From contig QPMI01000513.1 in assembly GCA_004431415.1 (NCBI GenBank), positions 124,001 to 188,000 on the forward strand: 64,000 nucleotides of DNA, written 5' to 3'. This document shows positions 58,301 through 64,000 of the stretch, one piece after another (position 1 is the first letter of the stretch; each line of letters starts with the position of its first letter). Under the pieces are notes generated by a model. It saw only the letters and a program-made list of their open reading frames with translations, was not told where the DNA came from and searched no databases. Source of the DNA: Cyanophora paradoxa CCMP329 (taxonomy: Eukaryota > Plantae > Glaucophyta). A program made the position numbers and the translations under genes.

Positions 58301-58379
58301 TGAAGCTGTGAAGGAGTTGTCCCAAAAATGCAAAGATCTACAGGATCAAATAGACCAAATTAAAAATGTCAAAGTATAA
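52367..58379 (+). CDS. Large modular fibre/spike protein (several frameshifted ORFs) ending in a peptidase S74 intramolecular chaperone
   Basis: HxH/W..I..KP tail repeats, YLPLxGG motifs, LamG-like ELIVFNRALT...KYG, C-terminal SDIRYKTDI...GLIAQDVQKVIPEVV...LIEAVKEL. Could be one gene or 2-3 genes. Confidence 0.75.
53330..53580 (+). repeat. Acidic coding repeats (PDEEEYLPDGxDPQExEY)
   Basis: About 3-4 imperfect units in ORF 52993..53685. Confidence 0.75.
55438..55761 (+). repeat. Nine 36-bp tandem repeats encoding HTHTKDQITDFA
   Basis: In-frame; variation almost entirely synonymous. Confidence 0.95.
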
Positions 58380-58382
58380 TAA

Positions 58383-58688
58383 ATGGCGACCTATCCTCTT
58401 GGTGGAACCACCTATTCTACTGAGCCAGTTGCGCTTTCTTTTGATACAATCACCCTTGTAAACGCATTACAAACAGTTGAAAAAACGATTCAGCAAACTA
58501 ACAAGCTCTCACCAGTTGTAAATGAGTATAAAAACCTCTTGGTTAATGTCCTTGCTCAAGCTGCATATGGTGACCCTGTTGCTAAATACAATGAGTGTGA
58601 TAACAACATTAAAGCAATGACATCCAACCTGCAAGTTCTTTCAACTGTTTACCAATCCCTTGGATCGAATTTAATCACTTTGGCTTGA
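58383..58688 (+). CDS. Hypothetical helical protein
   Basis: 101-aa ATG ORF starting 3 bp after the fibre stop. Confidence 0.6.
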   Translation: MATYPLGGTTYSTEPVALSFDTITLVNALQTVEKTIQQTNKLSPVVNEYKNLLVNVLAQAAYGDPVAKYNECDNNIKAMTSNLQVLSTVYQSLGSNLITLA

Positions 58689-58727
58689 TGGTAGTTTATT
58701 TTTCTTTCCTTCTTAGTAAAAGAAGCC

Positions 58728-59568
58728 ATGGGTGAATATAATCGAGTTCAACTTCCAATATATTCCCTTGGATCCCCTGCAATGCATTTTCGCCAGCATG
58801 AAGTTAATGATGAGGTTCGTGGTTTAGAATCCACAGAGAGACCCAATTCCAATGGTAACTCCTTTGATAAGAATTCGATTATTCGAGTTAAAGAGCTGAG
58901 AGCTGATAAGAATTCTGGTGTGGTTAAAACAACTCGACTTCTTGTCACCAATGCTAACTTCTTCCAGCCTACAAATGGAGGTCCTGATGCTTACAGTGTT
59001 GCCCTGAAAGCCCTAGATTTCGACAAGAATACTGCTGCTGTTACTGTGAGATCAGGAGGAGCATTTATTGGGGTGGTTGCAGAGTGTCAGGTCAACTCTC
59101 ATCCTCCATTTCGTATAATGATGTCCAGATACTCTAGAGCAAAATGTGGAAGACCCCAACGAATTCGATTATATACTCCTGTCGCACAGCAGCCATTAAT
59201 TCAATTTTACATTGGATATACTGTTACTCTTGAAAACTCGGAATTAATTGAAGGAACCAAAAGAGTACTGAGAGGTCTTGCGATTCCATCTGCAATGCTT
59301 TCCCTTTGTAGAGCCAACAACAATCAAGTAGGTCATAAATACTATTTCAATGTTCAGGGATATAATCATTTCGGTTATGGCTACTGTGTTTATAATAATA
59401 ATTTCACCTTTGACTTGTTGTTACAGATATTGGGTTATATACTATAACTCTTATCGGTTTGAGAACAGATATAGCCGCTGTATCAGCTCTTAGAGGTGTA
59501 ACTCCTGATACTCTTTCAGTTACAGGGTTTTACCAAGAGCCAGATGTAATTGATGACCCAACCCCATA
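58728..59568 (+). CDS. Hypothetical protein, paralog 1 (probably frameshifted)
   Basis: ELRADKNSGVVKTTRLLVTNANF, shared with the next gene; end approximate. Confidence 0.55.
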
Positions 59569-59591
59569 AAAGATATATCCTTTAATGTAAA

Positions 59592-60422
59592 ATGGCAGAG
59601 GCACCACACCAATAGAGCGAATTATAACACCACAGCTATCATTAGCTGCCCAGCAAACCATGTTCTACAGCATGCTACCTTTGATGATGTAGAGGGTCTC
59701 CAATCGACAGAGGTCCAACCTACAATGAACACCTTTGGTTCCACCATAAACTGAGATTACAGGAACTCAGATGTGATAAAAATAATGGAATAGTTAAGAC
59801 AACTAAGCTACTTGTTACCAATGCAAACTTTTCTGCTCATTATGGAGACCCAGATAGCTATGGAGATCCTCTTTCTACTTATTCTTTTGAATCTAGGTCG
59901 GAGCTATTAACTGCAAATCGGGGGGAGCTTATATTGGTGATGGTCTTAGGTTGGTGGGCTGTTGGAGCGCCTCTATTTGTGAATGATCAACCCAATCCCA
60001 TTGATCCTAACACAAGAATTCGAACCTATGTCCCCAGCATGAATGCCCCATACATTATAAAGATATTCCCCATTGTTGTAAATGAACAAACAGCAGTAGT
60101 AGACTCTCTTGTTGAAATTGGTGACCACTACAAGGTAGTTGTGGATATTCCGCCAGATGTATATGCTGTATGCCAAGTTGAAGGTGGAACTCCCAACTTT
60201 GCAGTAGTGATCACCCCATATGATAATTTCGGAATTGCTTATCATGGAGTCAATTTCGGTTTGGAAGACTATCAGTTTCTTGTGAGAGCCACCAAGTTTG
60301 GTATCTACAAGTGTGTGATGTTTGCAGAGAGAACCGATTTTATTGCAAAGCAGAATACCTATGCTGAATACTATGGGACAAATCGATATTTTCCCATTTT
60401 TGGGCAGGATACTGCTCCATAA
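59592..60422 (+). CDS. Hypothetical protein, paralog 2 (frameshifted)
   Basis: Hand translation of about 59760-59830 gives ELRCDKNNGIVKTTKLLVTNANF; continues into ORF 59934..60422. Confidence 0.55.
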
Positions 60423-60444
60423 GAATATTGGTTATATATAGAGT

Positions 60445-60717
60445 ATGGATAGTAAAACAAAAAAGTTTATTGATGCTGCTATGACAGTTCATGGTAAAGA
60501 TAAATTCGATTACAGTGAGACACATTACATCAAAGCTCAAGAGAAAGTATCTGTGAGATGTTTGCAGTGTAACAAGGTGATCCTTACATATCCATTTAAT
60601 CATGTGAAGGGATCAGGGTGTAGGGACTGTAACAAAAGAAAGAGTCAAGCACACAGGAAAAGGACTACTTCATCAATCACAGTGGAATATAGGGATGTTT
60701 GCATTAGGTTCGATTAG
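60445..60717 (+). CDS. Small zinc-ribbon protein of the type seen as repeats in viral endonucleases (DUF723-like)
   Basis: FI.AAMTVHGKDKFDYS...CLQC...NHVKGSGCRDC. Confidence 0.7.
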   Translation: MDSKTKKFIDAAMTVHGKDKFDYSETHYIKAQEKVSVRCLQCNKVILTYPFNHVKGSGCRDCNKRKSQAHRKRTTSSITVEYRDVCIRFD

Positions 60718-60746
60718 GTTTAATTAATTTTTCTAAGGTATTCTTA

Positions 60747-61144
60747 ATGGAGACTCAATACAGAGGCTTTCATGTTATGCTTGATTACAAAGCTAAATCA
60801 GCTATAGCAACAGGTAATGAGCATGTTAGCTTCCTAGGTAATTGGATTATGGGAACCTTGAACAAGCAGTATTGAGACAAGGTATTAGGATTGTTCATAA
60901 GCATTGTGAGATATTTGATGGCAAACTATCACCTCCTGGTTTTGCATTGGTTCTGCTATTAGATGAAAGCCATTGCACAGCTCATTGTTATTCCAATGAA
61001 GGCATGTTAGCAATTGATATATTCAGTTGTGGTAAAGAAGCTCAGCATAAAACACAAGCAGTTGCAGATGAGATCGATAAAACAATGAATTTCTTAACAT
61101 TTGAGAAGACTGAGAGACATAAACATGATAGATTCCCGTTTTGA
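60747..61144 (+). CDS. speD: Pyruvoyl-dependent S-adenosylmethionine decarboxylase (prokaryotic class 1B type); 1-bp frameshift near 60858
   Basis: METQYRGFHVMLDY N-terminus plus PPGFALVLLLDESHCTAHCYSNEGMLAIDIFSCG, containing the ESH autocleavage motif. Confidence 0.85.
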
Positions 61145-61378
61145 TGGGTTTCTATAATGATAAACAGGGTAATTTACCTTTTTTATTACAATGGCAATCG
61201 TTAAAAAAGGATATAATATATCCTTTCCTACAATAGCTTTATACAATGATTTTCTTTCTACAGTAGCTTTTGTTACAATAGAATTCTACTGTATGATGTA
61301 GCCGAAATATGAATGCACCCTACATTAAGCAATGTCAAGTATTTCGAATACTATTCGATTTCCTTACACTAAAACCTC

Positions 61379-62482
61379 AGCATCTCCCCAAGATTCCCCC
61401 TATTATTAAAGTGGACTCAAGGTTGACTCATATTAATCGATAGTATATGGATTTTGTTACGAATTCAATGCAAGGGTTGACTAAGTGGGTTGAGTTGACT
61501 CAAATTTCACAGGAAATAACAATGAATCAGAGTATAAAATGCATTATTTGAATCAACTACACCAACTAACACTGAGAAAGTAGGTTATAACATATAGTAT
61601 TACCATATATGGTTTGTCAGGCACTATAATATAGTTGTCAGGCACTAATATAGTATGTCAGGCATTGTCAGGCACCTTTTAGAAAACTTTTATAAAATTG
61701 AAATTTCATTGTTAATCCAACAATGACTTAGCCAAAATAAAATACTTTATGAAAATCGATAGATTTAATGCCTGACAAATAATGCTGCCTGAAAGATTTA
61801 ACAACAACTAACACTGAGATTTTCACAATATATGAGGTCCTTACTGAATATGGTTTGTGTGACAGGTGTGACAGGTTTATCCCGTGGATTTTAAAAATCA
61901 ATTTCTCACTAGGACTTTCCTTGGATTGACCTGTCACACCTGTCACACCTGTCACACCCAATTTTCTAAGGTCCCCCTTAGACTCAACAAAACAATGATA
62001 AAATCATATAAGTTTCATGTATAATTACGATTGAATTCAATAAGAGATCGATTTGTTAATATAAACAAATGAATCATTTATGGATCTTAATCGAGTTTAG
62101 CGATATATTTCCGATTAAATGAATTAAATTTAATTAAATTTTAATCGAGAAAGTACATGAATATAATATCGATTAAATCAATTAACTTTTAGACCAATCA
62201 CACATAGTAAAATGCGGAGTTTTAACCAGAGGCAAGATCTAATTGAGATTCAGTTATATTATTCGGAAATATATACAGATTATCGATAGACTCAGTAAGA
62301 CTAATCGGAAAATAAGAGAAATTTACGATAAAATATCGAAAAGAATACAAAATAAACGAAATAAATGAATATTCGATAAGATATACACAGATTATCGATT
62401 GATTGAAATAGAATATACGAGATATATCAACAAAATCAATTAAGATAAGCCGAGGGTTAAAACTCCGCATTTTACTATGTGT
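61379..62482 (-). repeat. Right terminal inverted repeat of element B
   Basis: Ends ...CTCCGCATTTTACTATGTGT, followed by the TSD. Confidence 0.95.
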
Positions 62483-62488
62483 CCAGAC
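62483..62488 (+). repeat. Right 6-bp target-site duplication CCAGAC
   Basis: Matches 34991-34996. Confidence 0.95.
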
Positions 62489-63945
62489 AGCCGACTGAAG
62501 CAATCACATGCAAACCTTTTTTTTCGGTCTTTCCACTAATGCAGGGAATCGGCATTGTAATAGTCTCTGAATCAGCATATCCGACCAGACGTTGGCGGAT
62601 TGTGTACTCATAGTTAATAAACTTCTGGATGTGAGCTCCTTTTTTGGGCAGAACATCTCGTGCGTGTTCATCGCGTTCGAGACAGCGGTCATATTTAAGA
62701 TGATTTTCAAATGCTTGATCTGAGCTAAAACCGACCTGGCAGGCTAAGCAATAGTGCTTTGCATTTGATTCGTTCTTTCGGAACAGTCGTGAGACGCTCT
62801 TAATCCAGAGGTAATGCCCAACATCGTTTCCCTCCCCAGCCGCACATACAGTATTGGATTGCGTCTCTCGCAGCACTGATATGGATTGGTATGATATCCT
62901 GCTTATCTAGAGCAGTTGTATAAACGCAGAGTTTGACGTTATTTGCTTGCTCGAATTTGGTGAACATCCTCGAGTCAAGCGGTGTCGGATATGTAAGCAT
63001 TGAGCAGTCCAGCGATGTCTCGTGCTGGCGGTAGTTCCTGCATGCCGAGAATCAACACCTTCGCCAATGGATTGCGAGCAGAAAGGACTGCGTATTTAAA
63101 GCACTCGTTGTTCGGTGCATTTATATTGATAAGCGCGTGCTTGTCTGAGAGCCATTTTGGCAGTACAAAGCCTCGGCCACGGCCACCAATCCTTCGGAAA
63201 TAGCGCACAGTTTTAAAGACCAGATACACCCACGTGTCAAATACTGAGTAATCCCTGCTTTTCTCTTCCGAGATCATGTCTAATTCTTCGAGCTGTGAAC
63301 GCAAGGCCGCCTCAATGCTTGTCCCTGGTTCGATGCGATCGAAACGACGATGTTCAATAACGATAGCGATCGTAGAATCTGTCTCTGGCTTTCTGTAGAC
63401 ACCCAATCCAGAGATTTGTAGTGCAATGCCCATTCTTGACGTCTCTGCAAGATTTACCTGGGCGCTTACGAATGATATAGCATTCTGTTTGAAAAGTTCG
63501 TTGTTTTCAAATCTGGCTTGCATTGATGTTACACGTCCTGATCCGCGTGGTAGCTGATATTTCCACTCTGCATATCGCCCGTCAAGCGCTGTAGTCGTAG
63601 TCCCGTCGTTGATTTGAACATCATCTCCGACGTCAACCTCAGGCAGCTCGGCAAAGCCACGGACGATCTCTGCCTGCCCTCTGCGATCGCTAGCTCTAGT
63701 CGACGACCTGACACAGGACGCGTTGGTCTAGGAAGTCGAGATAGTTCGTTCAATAGTGAAGCGTATTTTTCCAACGTTGTATATCTTGTTCTCGATCCTT
63801 GCGCTGTAATTCTTAGCAATTTATTTTTGAAGGCACCATGTATGACACGTAGATTGTACAATGAAGTCGTGAGCGCTTCGATCTGGTCTTTAATACGGGC
63901 TGACCGGAAGCGCCGAGTCGCTGCATTATTCTGGGTAACGTCCAT
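62483..63945 (-). pseudogene. Protein-primed DNA polymerase B of element A, 5' part (frameshifted)
   Basis: LPKWLSDKHALININAPNNECFKYAVL, GHYLWIKSVSRLF, YCLAC, ExoI GYADSE; joins in frame to 34996. Confidence 0.88.
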
Positions 63946-64000
63946 TGGAAGTATATATCACAATTTTTTTGATTATTTTAAACGCAACTTTACATAGCAA

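Larger units (their letters stand above)
34997..62482. mobile_element. Complete inner Polinton-like endogenous virus (element B, 27,486 bp) nested in the pPolB gene of element A
   Basis: About 1.1-kb TIRs, 6-bp TSD, integrase, pPolB, primase-helicase, ATPase, MCP, pentons. Confidence 0.97.
26222..64000. mobile_element. Outer Polinton/Maverick-like endogenous virus (element A); right end outside the window
   Basis: Abrupt GC drop, intron-less genes: penton, MCP, A32 ATPase, RVE integrase, pPolB. Left boundary approximate because the second TIR/TSD is not visible. Confidence 0.9.

Overview
Two very different compartments. (1) About 1-26.2 kb is very GC-rich, intron-dense eukaryotic host DNA. 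It is probably a plastid-bearing protist: MAF/SAF-type transit peptides and short GC-rich introns suggest a glaucophyte such as Cyanophora, which is an inference. It encodes a plastid PH-domain protein, an SDR, an STK19-like protein, a plastid aldo-keto reductase, trehalose-6-phosphate synthase/phosphatase, a bacterial-type kinase-AAA-GAF protein and a BTB gene that breaks off at about 26.22 kb. (2) From about 26.22 kb to the end there are two nested AT-rich Polinton/Maverick-like endogenous viruses. The outer element (penton, MCP, A32 ATPase, HNH-AP2, RVE integrase, pPolB) runs off the right edge. Its pPolB gene is split by a complete 27,486-bp inner element (34997-62482) with about 1.1-kb TIRs and a perfect 6-bp TSD (CCAGAC); removing the insert restores the outer pPolB frame across the junction. 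The inner virus is unusual in several ways: a pPolB whose proofreading domain looks destroyed, its own PrimPol-D5 helicase, TIRs ending in a 283-bp self-complementary module, an iteron-like palindrome also present internally with its core inverted, two pentons, a patatin-discoidin fusion, a phage-like modular fibre with an S74 chaperone, two RING proteins and an AdoMet decarboxylase. Many frameshifts are probably homopolymer read errors, since the TIR differences I spotted are single-base indels in runs. Host exon boundaries are approximate.
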